A DNA stretch of 64,000 bases, from positions 1 through 64,000 of IMG/VR virus record IMGVR_UViG_3300010883_000003. One strand, given 5' to 3'. The position numbers and the translations under genes were made by a program. The notes beneath the pieces are model-generated. The model made no database searches, was not told the DNA's origin, and worked only from the letters and a program-made list of their open reading frames with translations. Positions 18,446 through 27,777 of this stretch are shown piece after piece; the stretch's first letter is position 1, and every line of letters starts with the position of its first letter. Source of the DNA: a virus.

Positions 18446-20884
18446 GTGTCCCTCTTTAAACTTGATAAAAGCTTCTTTGATACATTCAAGGTTCTAGCTA
18501 AACCTAAGAGGTTATTTTCGTCGTCAAGCACCGGTACCGTTGGAGCGATTCCAGTGTTTCCTGGCGCTTCCGTCGCTATGAAGGAAGTGACCAATTCCAC
18601 GTCAGATGACCTGGTCTATGAAACATCTGTAGAAACTTTACGACAAGAAATTAACAATACAGCGAATAAGACTCCTGGCTCTTCTGTCGGCTATGGCTCT
18701 ATGAATGAGTACTTGCTGTCAGTGAACGCAGAAACTGCAAACAACAGAAAAAATAAAGAAATGCATGTGCTGCGGTTTGAGCCGTCAGTAAAGTTTACGA
18801 CTGATACCGTAAGAAAGAGCATCATCAAGAATTCGTTATTTCCTTTCTATAAACCGAAATACGGAAAAGCATGTAATTGGGCTGTAACAAACTACAACAC
18901 GTTAAACTTTTTTTCCACCGCTGATAATACGATACCTGGCGACTCTGTGTTGATGTATCCTGCTTCATCATCATATGACTACAGACCCACCGGCTCATTT
19001 TCGTTTGATTTTTATATAAACCCTCGATACCCAGAGCAGACTAAAGGCGCCAACTATACTGCTGGATCTATTTTCCATATGTCTAGTTCATATTGCTTAT
19101 CGCTTGTAACAGGTAGCTCTAGAGATAATAACGGATATGTAGACGGATTTAGACTGATGCTACAGCTCAGCCACAGCGCTGAGTTGTTACCATCTAATTG
19201 TACGGTTGGACTAACTGGTGTACAATCATCTCCAAATGACTTCATATTTTCTTCATCTGATAACTCATTATCTAGAAACCACTGGCATCATTGTTGTGTA
19301 AGATGGGATAGTAACACCCAAAACTCAACAGGCTCGTTTGTAATCGACGGCCAGACCAAAGGAACGTTTGATATACCGGCATCTGCTTTAAGTGGCAGCT
19401 ATCTGCAGAGAGAACTACCTACAACTACAACTCGCGGAGGTGTCTCATATAATTGTGGTCCGCCAGATGTTTTGTTTATTGGGAACTTCTATGATGGGCC
19501 TAACAGTCAAGACCCATTGGGCGATGAAGATTTTACCGCTCAATTCTTTAATCCTGTTACTGCATACAATGATGGACTACCGAACTATTACGCTCCAACA
19601 TTTACTCATACTTCTCCAGGTCCGATTACAGAGCCAGACGACTTTTCTTTTGCCCACCCTCTGAATGCAGAAGTGCATGAATTAAAGATCTATAACAAGT
19701 ATAGAAGCGATGGAGATATAGCTAGCTCTATGAAGCTAGGCGTCGATAACCTAGCTAGCGAGAAGTCATCTGGTTTGCTGTTCTATGTTCCTCCGTTTTT
19801 CGTAAAAGATACAAACACAAGAAATATCTTACAAACGCCATTCCAGACTTTTAGAGGGTCCACTGATGATCCGTTTAACGTACCCTTATCTTTCGGGGTA
19901 GGTGGACACTATTTAAATTTAGAGAACTTTGTAAAAGACTTCGCTACTAACAAGTTTCCAAGACTTTACAATTTAAGCGGTTCGACAATAAACAATAGCA
20001 CTGGATGGTCTACGGCTAACAATTATTTATTCTCTACTGGTAGCGTAAGAAAACGCAACTTAACCGTCTTACCTAACGATAATGGCCTATTCATACCTAA
20101 CTTTCTATTACTTTCAGAGTCAGCTCCTAATACAGGATCATTATCTTTATTCGTAAATGATTTAGGTATTAGAGACTTAAGCTTAATTAGTTTAGATAAT
20201 CTAGTCGCCACTGCTTCAGTAGGAAGACAATTAGCGGGAGCAGAGACAGAAGGGTCTATACTACAGGCCCTACAAGGTGCAACTCCTGATGACCCTAGCA
20301 TTCCAGCGGGTTCTTTACTAACCATATATAACAGGACTAGAGACCCATCTTCAAACGAGATATCGATATTCGACGCAAGCAATTTATTTTACGGAAATAA
20401 AATAGATCCTGGGTCATATATCTTAAAAGACTCCGCTGTCACCGGTTCGGGAGGAAGAGTTTCTGTCACTTTACGTGATCACTCTGGTAGTCTATATAGA
20501 GATGACGCAATAACCACTACTGCGCACTGGCCCTCTGTGGGAACCATATTATATGAGGAAGGCATAAGCGTAGTAAAGACGCCTCTAATCCCCAGATTCG
20601 GAATAGATCAGTTTTCTGTGAATATGACAGGACAACAAAACATTCATGTTCTTCGTATAGATGTTCCTGCAGAAAGAGGAGACTTAGACTTATCTGTTAA
20701 TCCAGCGTATAAGCAGCTAGACCCAACTTCGCAACCGTCAGATAATGACACTAGATTCTCGTACATCACAAATGTTAACTTATTGGATGAAAACCTTAAT
20801 ATTATTAGTAAGACCAATTTCTCACAGGCTTTAGTCAAGAGAGAAAATGATAGGTTTATAATAAGAATTAAGTTGGATTTTTAG
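18446..20884 (+). CDS. Virion protein with LamG/concanavalin-like domain
   Basis: SFSFDFYINP, WHHCCVRWD, FVIDG and EVHELKIYN LamG-like motifs. C-terminal YITNVNLLDENLNII..RIKLDF domain. Confidence 0.6.
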   Translation: MSLFKLDKSFFDTFKVLAKPKRLFSSSSTGTVGAIPVFPGASVAMKEVTNSTSDDLVYETSVETLRQEINNTANKTPGSSVGYGSMNEYLLSVNAETANNRKNKEMHVLRFEPSVKFTTDTVRKSIIKNSLFPFYKPKYGKACNWAVTNYNTLNFFSTADNTIPGDSVLMYPASSSYDYRPTGSFSFDFYINPRYPEQTKGANYTAGSIFHMSSSYCLSLVTGSSRDNNGYVDGFRLMLQLSHSAELLPSNCTVGLTGVQSSPNDFIFSSSDNSLSRNHWHHCCVRWDSNTQNSTGSFVIDGQTKGTFDIPASALSGSYLQRELPTTTTRGGVSYNCGPPDVLFIGNFYDGPNSQDPLGDEDFTAQFFNPVTAYNDGLPNYYAPTFTHTSPGPITEPDDFSFAHPLNAEVHELKIYNKYRSDGDIASSMKLGVDNLASEKSSGLLFYVPPFFVKDTNTRNILQTPFQTFRGSTDDPFNVPLSFGVGGHYLNLENFVKDFATNKFPRLYNLSGSTINNSTGWSTANNYLFSTGSVRKRNLTVLPNDNGLFIPNFLLLSESAPNTGSLSLFVNDLGIRDLSLISLDNLVATASVGRQLAGAETEGSILQALQGATPDDPSIPAGSLLTIYNRTRDPSSNEISIFDASNLFYGNKIDPGSYILKDSAVTGSGGRVSVTLRDHSGSLYRDDAITTTAHWPSVGTILYEEGISVVKTPLIPRFGIDQFSVNMTGQQNIHVLRIDVPAERGDLDLSVNPAYKQLDPTSQPSDNDTRFSYITNVNLLDENLNIISKTNFSQALVKRENDRFIIRIKLDF

Positions 20885-20887
20885 AAG

Positions 20888-21427
20888 TTGAATTTAGGTT
20901 TAGACATATCTACATCAAACGTCGGATGGTGCATTTTAGATCCCGTTACGTTAAAGTTAGTTGCTGCAAACGCAATCGAACTGTCTAAAGAGAAATGTAT
21001 ATTTCAGAAGTGTAAAGCTGTACGCGATCATCTACAATATATAAGGTCTGAATACAACATTACGTCTATCTCGATAGAAGAAAATTTACAGGCATTCAGA
21101 CCCGGCTTCTCCAGCGCTAAGACTATAGTCACGCTGGCAAGATTTAACGGGATGGTTACTCTTATGTGTCATGATGAATTTTCTATAATACCAACTTTTT
21201 TAAATGTAAACCACGCTAGGAAATTAGCTGGACTTAAAATAAATAGGAAATCTGATTCTTCTACGAAAGATCAAGTGCTTGAGTTTGTGACAGGCAAAAT
21301 ACCAGAATTTGAATGGCCTACAAAGACTCTGAAGTCTGGGGTCAGAAAAGGTCTTGTAATACCCGCTAGTTCTTGTTATGATATAGCAGATGCATATATT
21401 ATAGCTTTAGCTAGTGTGAGTGAATGA
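20888..21427 (+). CDS. RuvC-like Holliday junction resolvase
   Basis: N-terminal LGLDISTSNVGW, central IEE and C-terminal DIADAY acidic catalytic motifs of the RNase H-fold RuvC family. TTG start. Confidence 0.85.
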   Translation: MNLGLDISTSNVGWCILDPVTLKLVAANAIELSKEKCIFQKCKAVRDHLQYIRSEYNITSISIEENLQAFRPGFSSAKTIVTLARFNGMVTLMCHDEFSIIPTFLNVNHARKLAGLKINRKSDSSTKDQVLEFVTGKIPEFEWPTKTLKSGVRKGLVIPASSCYDIADAYIIALASVSE

Positions 21428-22395
21428 GCGAAGATCTAATAATCAAAAAACGAGTAGCCTTAATTCGAAAGGCATTCGGCGACGTCTTACTTGACAGAGA
21501 CGGAATAAATGTAGCGATATGCTGCGTTAACAAAAAGTGTTCAACATTCTCTAAGCCTCATAAGAAGAAACTATGTCTTCGTGTAGATAACGAGTTTTAC
21601 CACTGTTGGGTTTGCGGTTATCGAGGTAAAGGTTTAGCAAGGTTCTTTAAGTACTACGCTCATAGATACTCTTCTACTGCGGAATCTTTATTCGAAAAGC
21701 AACTAAAAGAAAAAGAAAGTGATGTAATAGAGAGAATATCGTTACCAGCCGGTTTTAAGCTTCTGGCTGATATTTCGTCCTCTGATGATCCTGATCTCAA
21801 GGCGTGTAAAAGTTATGCGTTAAGAAGGGGTCTAACTGAAAAACAGCTGTGGTACTTTAGGATGGGTGCCGTTTCATCTGGCTCATTACGTCGTAGAGTG
21901 ATAATACCATCTTTTGACGAAGCTGGAGATATCAACTACTTTACTGCAAGATCAATAGACGAGTCCACCAGAAAGTACGTCAACCCAAAAGTAAAAAGAA
22001 GCGAAATAATATTTAACGAAATTAACATTGACTGGCGTGAAGAGCTTATATTGGTTGAGGGTCCTTTTGATTTAGTTAAGAGTGTATATAACTCTACATG
22101 TTTATTAGGAAGTACACTCGGTCAGTACCACGCGCTTTTTAATATGATTGTTAAAAATAAAACACCAGTTATCCTTGCGCTAGATCCGGATGCAAAGCAA
22201 AAAACCTTAAAAATCGCGTCACTGCTGTCGTCGTTTGACGTTAGCGTAAAAACTCTAGATATTTCACCCTATGATGATATAGGTGAAATGCCTCTTGGCG
22301 TATTAAAAGACATGATACCTATGGCTAAGACATGGACGATTAACGACAGACTGCTGTCATTAATTAGTACAATCAAGTCTGGCTCTATAATATAA
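21424..22395 (+). CDS. DNA primase (zinc finger + TOPRIM; DnaG/T4 gp61-like)
   Basis: Cys-rich N-terminus with HCWVC, RVIIPSFD..G..YFTAR, KY.NP, LVEGPFD, LALDPD and DIGEM TOPRIM motifs. Confidence 0.9.
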   Translation: MSEDLIIKKRVALIRKAFGDVLLDRDGINVAICCVNKKCSTFSKPHKKKLCLRVDNEFYHCWVCGYRGKGLARFFKYYAHRYSSTAESLFEKQLKEKESDVIERISLPAGFKLLADISSSDDPDLKACKSYALRRGLTEKQLWYFRMGAVSSGSLRRRVIIPSFDEAGDINYFTARSIDESTRKYVNPKVKRSEIIFNEINIDWREELILVEGPFDLVKSVYNSTCLLGSTLGQYHALFNMIVKNKTPVILALDPDAKQKTLKIASLLSSFDVSVKTLDISPYDDIGEMPLGVLKDMIPMAKTWTINDRLLSLISTIKSGSII

Positions 22396-22414
22396 TATTT
22401 GAAACGGAGTATAG

Positions 22415-25400
22415 ATGAGCTTTAAATGTGCACACTTTGCTGATATCCACTTTCGAGGACTAAGCAGACATGATGAATACAGAAAAGTATTTTCACTATC
22501 TTACGAAAAGCTAAAGAGCTTAAAGCCTGATGTAATTTTTCTTGGTGGTGATATTGTTCATTCAAAGACGCAAGGCATTAGCCCTGAGCTCATAGAAATA
22601 CTATGCTGGTGGCTTTCTAGTCTCTCTGAAATAGCTCCGGTGCATATAATATTAGGTAACCATGACGGACTAATGTTGAATGAAGATCGCCAAGATGCTG
22701 TGACTCCGATTGTTAACGCATTAGGCAATCCAAATATAAAGCTAATGAAAGGTACTGGTGTATACCCCACAGGAATAGAGGGCTTTAACTGGTGCACTTT
22801 CTGTTGCTTCGATACAAAGACATGGGGAGACCTTACTCCGGTAGCAGGTGATGTTAACATCGCGCTTTATCATGGTCCTGTTAACGGCTCGTTAACCGAT
22901 CAAGATTGGGAAATTAACGGTGATAGTATAAAGATAGACTTCTTTAAAGATTATGACTACACTATGCTTGGAGACATTCATAAGCGTCAATTTTTAACTA
23001 AAAAGATCGCATACCCCGGATCGACTATCCAACAAAATTACGGCGAAGATGTTGAGAAAGGGTTTTTGTTTTGGGATATTGAAGATAAAGATGAATTCTC
23101 TGTAAAGTTTATACCTCTACATAATGATCATGCATTTCGAACTATTGACTGGAAAGACAGCGTGTCCGAAACGCTAGGAGATATTCCTAAGTCTTGGTCT
23201 GGGTCTAGGTTTCGTGTAGTGCATAAAGGGATAACACAAACAGAGTTTAAGCAGTTACAAAATGGTTTAAAGAATAATTTTGATGCTTATGAAGTCGTGT
23301 CAAAAAATGATTCAGATTCCTTTAAGGGTTCAGATGCAGAGATAACTACCAGCATCGGTAAGATATCCCGAAACGACCTCAGATCGTTTAAGCAGCAAGA
23401 TGCGTTAATGACTGAATACGTAAGAAAGCAGAACCTATCAGACGATGACAGAGAGTCTCTGAGAAAGCTACATAAGAGTACGTTCAGTAGATGTGTACAA
23501 GAGTCGAAGTCGAATTCACATCAGTGGAGGCTAAGAAAGCTTTCATTTGATAATACATTCGGATACGGCGAGAATAATTTGATTGATTTTGATGAGCTGA
23601 ATGGCATAACAGGTATATTCGGCAAAAACAGGATTGGTAAATCTTCTATACCTGGAACGATATCATACGCTCTTTTTAATTCGTCTGACAGAGGCACATT
23701 AAAAAATGTGCATATTATAAATAGCAGAAAGACTTACTGCAAAGCTGCTGTGGATTTCTCCGTCGGAGGAGAGATGTACCGTGCAGAGAGACAAACTTTA
23801 AAGAGGACCAGTAAGAAAGGAGCCATATCAGCTCCGACAAACTTAAACCTCTTTAAGATTGACTCAAATGGCGAGCCGATTGAAGATGCCACTGGTGAAC
23901 AGCGCCGCGAAACAGAAAAGACGCTTAGGGATTTAGTCGGAACGTTTGAAGACTTTATGATGACTTCATTCGCCGCTCAAGGAAGCATGAACTCGTTCAT
24001 AAAAGAAGGCTCTACACAAAGAAAGAATGTTCTTACAAGGTTTTTGGATCTGCAAATATTCGATGATATGTTGAAGATTGCCAAGAATGAGATATCTGAA
24101 CTACGTGGTGAAATGAAGACCTCTCCTGACAGGAACTGGCAAGAGCTAATAGATGAACAGTCATCTCTTAAAGAAAATCTAGCATCTGAAAAAGAAGAAA
24201 TAGAACATGAGTTTGTTTCTCTAAAGAAGAAAAGAGATGATCTCAAGATACAGCTTGCCGCGTTACCTTCATCAGAGCTATACACAAAAGATCAAATCAA
24301 AGATCAAATATCTTCTCTAAATAGCTTTAATCTACAAGAAAGTAAGCTAAAGAAAGAGATAATGGAATTATCTGAGCGTCTTGAGTCTACGCTAAAGAAG
24401 ATCGAAAAGATTGATATCATTCGTGAGCAATTTCCTGTCGAAAAATTAAGGGAAAACTACGAACTACAAAAAAGTCTGCAAAACCAACAAGATGTATTGG
24501 ATGCAAAGCTAGACCTTGAATTACAGCGTCTTGAGAGTAAAAAGAAGTTAGCCAAAAAACTAAAGCCATGTTCTTGTACTGAGCACTTGCCGAAGTGTCA
24601 GTATGTCAAGGATGCCAACAAAAGCGCGTCTCAAATTGATGAACAAAAGTTAGTTATCTCAAGCGCTAAAAAAGATTTACGTAACCTTAGATCAAGCTTG
24701 GATAATCTTTTGTCACAAGGTCTATCTAATAGATTAGAAAAATATGAAGAAATCATTAACAAGGCACAGTCATTAAAGCTCCAGCACTCCGAAATGCGCT
24801 TAAGCATGAAAGAGCTTGAAGGTGACCATCAAGGGGTATCGACATCTATAACATCTGGTAAAGCAACTCTACAAGAAATGAGGCTAAGATCTATAGACGA
24901 AGAAAAAGACAGGGCTGTTATTATGATGAAAAAGCAGCTAAAAAATATAGAGTCTAAAATCAACGAGCTAGATTCAGAACGACTGTACCTGACCGAACAA
25001 ATTAGCATGTCCAAACAAAAGTCACTAACTCTGCTTGACGAACAGCAACGCTTTGGTGCAATAAAGAACAGATGGGAAACGTACAATACATTTATACAGG
25101 CAGTTGATAAGCAAGGTATACCACTAACAATTTTGTCGCTACAGCTACCGCAGATTAATGGCGAGCTAAGAAAAATACTACAGGGTGTTGTTAATTTTGA
25201 ATTAGTACTACACGCAGAGCTAGAAACTAATAATATGGATATATTAATAGACTATGGCGACTCTAGAAGAATAATCGAATCTGGATCTGGAATGGAAAAA
25301 ATGATTTCTTCGTTGGCACTCCGTGTGGCACTGATTAATGTGTGTAATGCTCCTCGTAGCGATGTCCTAATAATAGACGAAGGCTTCGGCGCTTTAGATG

Positions 25401-25558
25401 ACAAAAGCATCGAAGCGTGCTCTAGATTACTAACATCGCTAAAGAAGCATTTCGCAAATATACTAATAATTTCACACGTAGATGCAGTGAAGGATGTCGT
25501 AGATAATATTCTAGATATAAGAAAGATCGGGAAAGACTCAAATGTCAGATGTGCATAA
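22415..25558 (+). CDS. Mre11/SbcD nuclease fused to Rad50/SbcC ATPase (T4 gp47-gp46-like fusion)
   Basis: Metallophosphoesterase motifs ADIH, GGD, GNHD, GDIH and YPGS, then Walker A GKNRIGKSS, Q-loop, long coiled coil, signature SGMEK, Walker B IIDEGFGALD and H-loop ISH. Confidence 0.92.
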   Translation: MSFKCAHFADIHFRGLSRHDEYRKVFSLSYEKLKSLKPDVIFLGGDIVHSKTQGISPELIEILCWWLSSLSEIAPVHIILGNHDGLMLNEDRQDAVTPIVNALGNPNIKLMKGTGVYPTGIEGFNWCTFCCFDTKTWGDLTPVAGDVNIALYHGPVNGSLTDQDWEINGDSIKIDFFKDYDYTMLGDIHKRQFLTKKIAYPGSTIQQNYGEDVEKGFLFWDIEDKDEFSVKFIPLHNDHAFRTIDWKDSVSETLGDIPKSWSGSRFRVVHKGITQTEFKQLQNGLKNNFDAYEVVSKNDSDSFKGSDAEITTSIGKISRNDLRSFKQQDALMTEYVRKQNLSDDDRESLRKLHKSTFSRCVQESKSNSHQWRLRKLSFDNTFGYGENNLIDFDELNGITGIFGKNRIGKSSIPGTISYALFNSSDRGTLKNVHIINSRKTYCKAAVDFSVGGEMYRAERQTLKRTSKKGAISAPTNLNLFKIDSNGEPIEDATGEQRRETEKTLRDLVGTFEDFMMTSFAAQGSMNSFIKEGSTQRKNVLTRFLDLQIFDDMLKIAKNEISELRGEMKTSPDRNWQELIDEQSSLKENLASEKEEIEHEFVSLKKKRDDLKIQLAALPSSELYTKDQIKDQISSLNSFNLQESKLKKEIMELSERLESTLKKIEKIDIIREQFPVEKLRENYELQKSLQNQQDVLDAKLDLELQRLESKKKLAKKLKPCSCTEHLPKCQYVKDANKSASQIDEQKLVISSAKKDLRNLRSSLDNLLSQGLSNRLEKYEEIINKAQSLKLQHSEMRLSMKELEGDHQGVSTSITSGKATLQEMRLRSIDEEKDRAVIMMKKQLKNIESKINELDSERLYLTEQISMSKQKSLTLLDEQQRFGAIKNRWETYNTFIQAVDKQGIPLTILSLQLPQINGELRKILQGVVNFELVLHAELETNNMDILIDYGDSRRIIESGSGMEKMISSLALRVALINVCNAPRSDVLIIDEGFGALDDKSIEACSRLLTSLKKHFANILIISHVDAVKDVVDNILDIRKIGKDSNVRCA

Positions 25559-25781
25559 TATATCATGTCACGTCCCAATAGATTGTCCCGTCTGCCAGTT
25601 CATGATGAGAGACTCTAGAGACTCGACACAGCATCAACTAACAAATTGTTGTACCGACTGCTGGATTGGGTTTTTAGAACCTTTAAGAAAACTAAACGTA
25701 GATGATACCTATTTACCTAATAGTACAGAGATTAAGATTTATCGCGAAAAAATAATTCTTATGAATAACATGGAGAAATAA
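25542..25781 (+). CDS. Small Cys-rich putative zinc-binding protein
   Basis: CPVC...CCTDCW. Overlaps the end of the Mre11-Rad50 gene. Confidence 0.6.
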   Translation: MSDVHNISCHVPIDCPVCQFMMRDSRDSTQHQLTNCCTDCWIGFLEPLRKLNVDDTYLPNSTEIKIYREKIILMNNMEK

Positions 25782-25782
25782 A

Positions 25783-26151
25783 GTGCTAAACTTAAGAGAA
25801 ACAAGAGCGTTAGCTCAAGCAACAGAAACATCATGGGGTCATTCATCCTCTGATAGGAAGCTGACAAGTAAGCTACAAGATGATGTCTTAGAGTTACAAC
25901 TAATGACTATAGTTCACTTTGCTGGTGAAAGAGCGTTGAGTCAACAGCTGGATGCGCAAAGAGACTACGCAAATGATATGTTTAAAGAGCAGCTTAAAAG
26001 AATAAAGGATGAGTTTAAAGAGTCGTGTGACAGGGCCTTGGTAGCAAAGGAAATTGACAGATCTGATGATCTAGAATTAATATCTGCTACGTCAAACTCT
26101 CCTCGAAAGATCGCGTACTTTAAGGCGAAAGTATTATTAAAGGTCTCTTAA
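25783..26151 (+). CDS. Hypothetical protein upstream of terminase
   Basis: GGAG RBS, GTG start, 122 aa. Confidence 0.7.
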   Translation: MLNLRETRALAQATETSWGHSSSDRKLTSKLQDDVLELQLMTIVHFAGERALSQQLDAQRDYANDMFKEQLKRIKDEFKESCDRALVAKEIDRSDDLELISATSNSPRKIAYFKAKVLLKVS

Positions 26152-26154
26152 TCT

Positions 26155-27738
26155 ATGCCTCCGTTGAATAAGCAAAAGCAAATAGCTGAGATTGTTAAGT
26201 GTGGAAAAGACCCCGCGTATTTTATAAATCGATACGTGATGATCCAGCACCCTTTAAAGGGAAGGATACCGTTTCATACATTTCCATTTCAAGATGAATG
26301 CTTGATTGCGTTTAACGAGCATAGATTCAACGTTGTTGTAAAATCTAGACAGTTAGGTCTCTCAACTTTGACAGCTGCGTATGCTGTGTGGCTAGCGATG
26401 TTTAGAAAAGATAAGAGCATTCTTATTATAGCAACGAAGTTAGCTGTTGCCCAAAACTTTATAAAGAAAGTTAAAATTGCCTTAACAGGTATACCGAAGT
26501 GGATGTGGATAACAGAGATAACTGCCAAAAATACTCAAGCTATAGAATTCAGCAATGGTTCTCAGATCAAGGCGGTTCCAACATCTGATGATGCCGGTAG
26601 ATCGGAGGCTTTGAGTTTGCTTATAGTTGATGAAGCTGCGTTTATTAGAAATTTTGGTGACCTCTGGAAGGGCCTGTATCCTACTTTGTCTACTGGTGGA
26701 CGTGCTATATTAGTATCTACTCCTAACGGCACTGGTGGGCAGTACTATGACATATACCATGGTGCTATAGAGGAAGACAACGATTTTAATCCAATCAAGC
26801 TTCCTTGGGACGTGCATCCTGAAAGATCTGATGTGTGGTTCGACAAAGAATCAAAGAATCTTAATAAACAACAGGTTGCTCAAGAGTTATTATGCGATTT
26901 TCAAGCTTCTGGTGAAACTTTTCTTTCTGCTGAAGAGATTGATGGTCTACAATCAAGTATCCGTACCCCAATAGAAAAGTGGGGGCCAGAAAATGGCATC
27001 TGGGTGTGGAAGTATTTTTTAGAAAACCACAACTATGTAATCTCTGCTGACGTTGCTAGAGGGGACGGAGCTGACTACTCTACATTTCATGTTATAGACA
27101 CCACAGAGTCTGAAGTTGTAGCCGAATTTAAAGGTAAGGTTCCTCCTGACCAATTAGCTGTGATATTAGCTGAAGCAGGTCGACGATATGGTAATGCGCT
27201 ACTATGTCCTGAAAGTAATACATACGGATATGCAGTATTAATGAAGCTCCATGAACTTGGGTACAATAACATTTATTTTTCCAAAGAAAAGGATAAATTT
27301 AATGCAATGTACGGAGGTGGCCCTATTGGCAATGCCGGTTTCTCAACGCAAGGTCACAGTAGAGCGCAGATATTGACAAAATTAGAAGAAGTAATCAGAA
27401 ATAAGAAAGTCTCTATATACTCATCTAGACTAGTATCTGAATTAAAAACATTTGTATGGAGCGGACAAAAAGCTCAAGCACAAAGAGGAAAAAACGATGA
27501 TCTCGTCATGTCTTTGGCAATTGGTTTATGGTTATATGAATCATCATCGAAAAGTACAAAAAAATCTATAGATATGAATTCGGCAATGTTGGCAGCTTTT
27601 GCTGTAAACAAGTCGAAACAAGAACCTCGAAGAAGTCATGATAGTCTACGATACTTAGCTTCAAGAGGTATGCCTGTTACATTGGATGAATCACATCCCG
27701 CAATATCTGGCTCTATAGATTTTAAGTGGTTACTATAA
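26155..27738 (+). CDS. Terminase large subunit (T4 gp17-like)
   Basis: KC..DPAYFI..Y N-terminus, KSRQLG Walker A region, LLIVDEAAF Walker B, STPNG coupling motif, QE..CDF, nuclease DVARG.G.D.S and DDLVMS. Confidence 0.95.
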   Translation: MPPLNKQKQIAEIVKCGKDPAYFINRYVMIQHPLKGRIPFHTFPFQDECLIAFNEHRFNVVVKSRQLGLSTLTAAYAVWLAMFRKDKSILIIATKLAVAQNFIKKVKIALTGIPKWMWITEITAKNTQAIEFSNGSQIKAVPTSDDAGRSEALSLLIVDEAAFIRNFGDLWKGLYPTLSTGGRAILVSTPNGTGGQYYDIYHGAIEEDNDFNPIKLPWDVHPERSDVWFDKESKNLNKQQVAQELLCDFQASGETFLSAEEIDGLQSSIRTPIEKWGPENGIWVWKYFLENHNYVISADVARGDGADYSTFHVIDTTESEVVAEFKGKVPPDQLAVILAEAGRRYGNALLCPESNTYGYAVLMKLHELGYNNIYFSKEKDKFNAMYGGGPIGNAGFSTQGHSRAQILTKLEEVIRNKKVSIYSSRLVSELKTFVWSGQKAQAQRGKNDDLVMSLAIGLWLYESSSKSTKKSIDMNSAMLAAFAVNKSKQEPRRSHDSLRYLASRGMPVTLDESHPAISGSIDFKWLL

Positions 27739-27777
27739 TTTCTATAATACTTAAAGCGTTATAAAGGAAAATATCAA

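Noticed and set aside
25783-26151. Small terminase subunit call
   Set aside because: Position fits but no supporting motif was recognised, so it is left as hypothetical.
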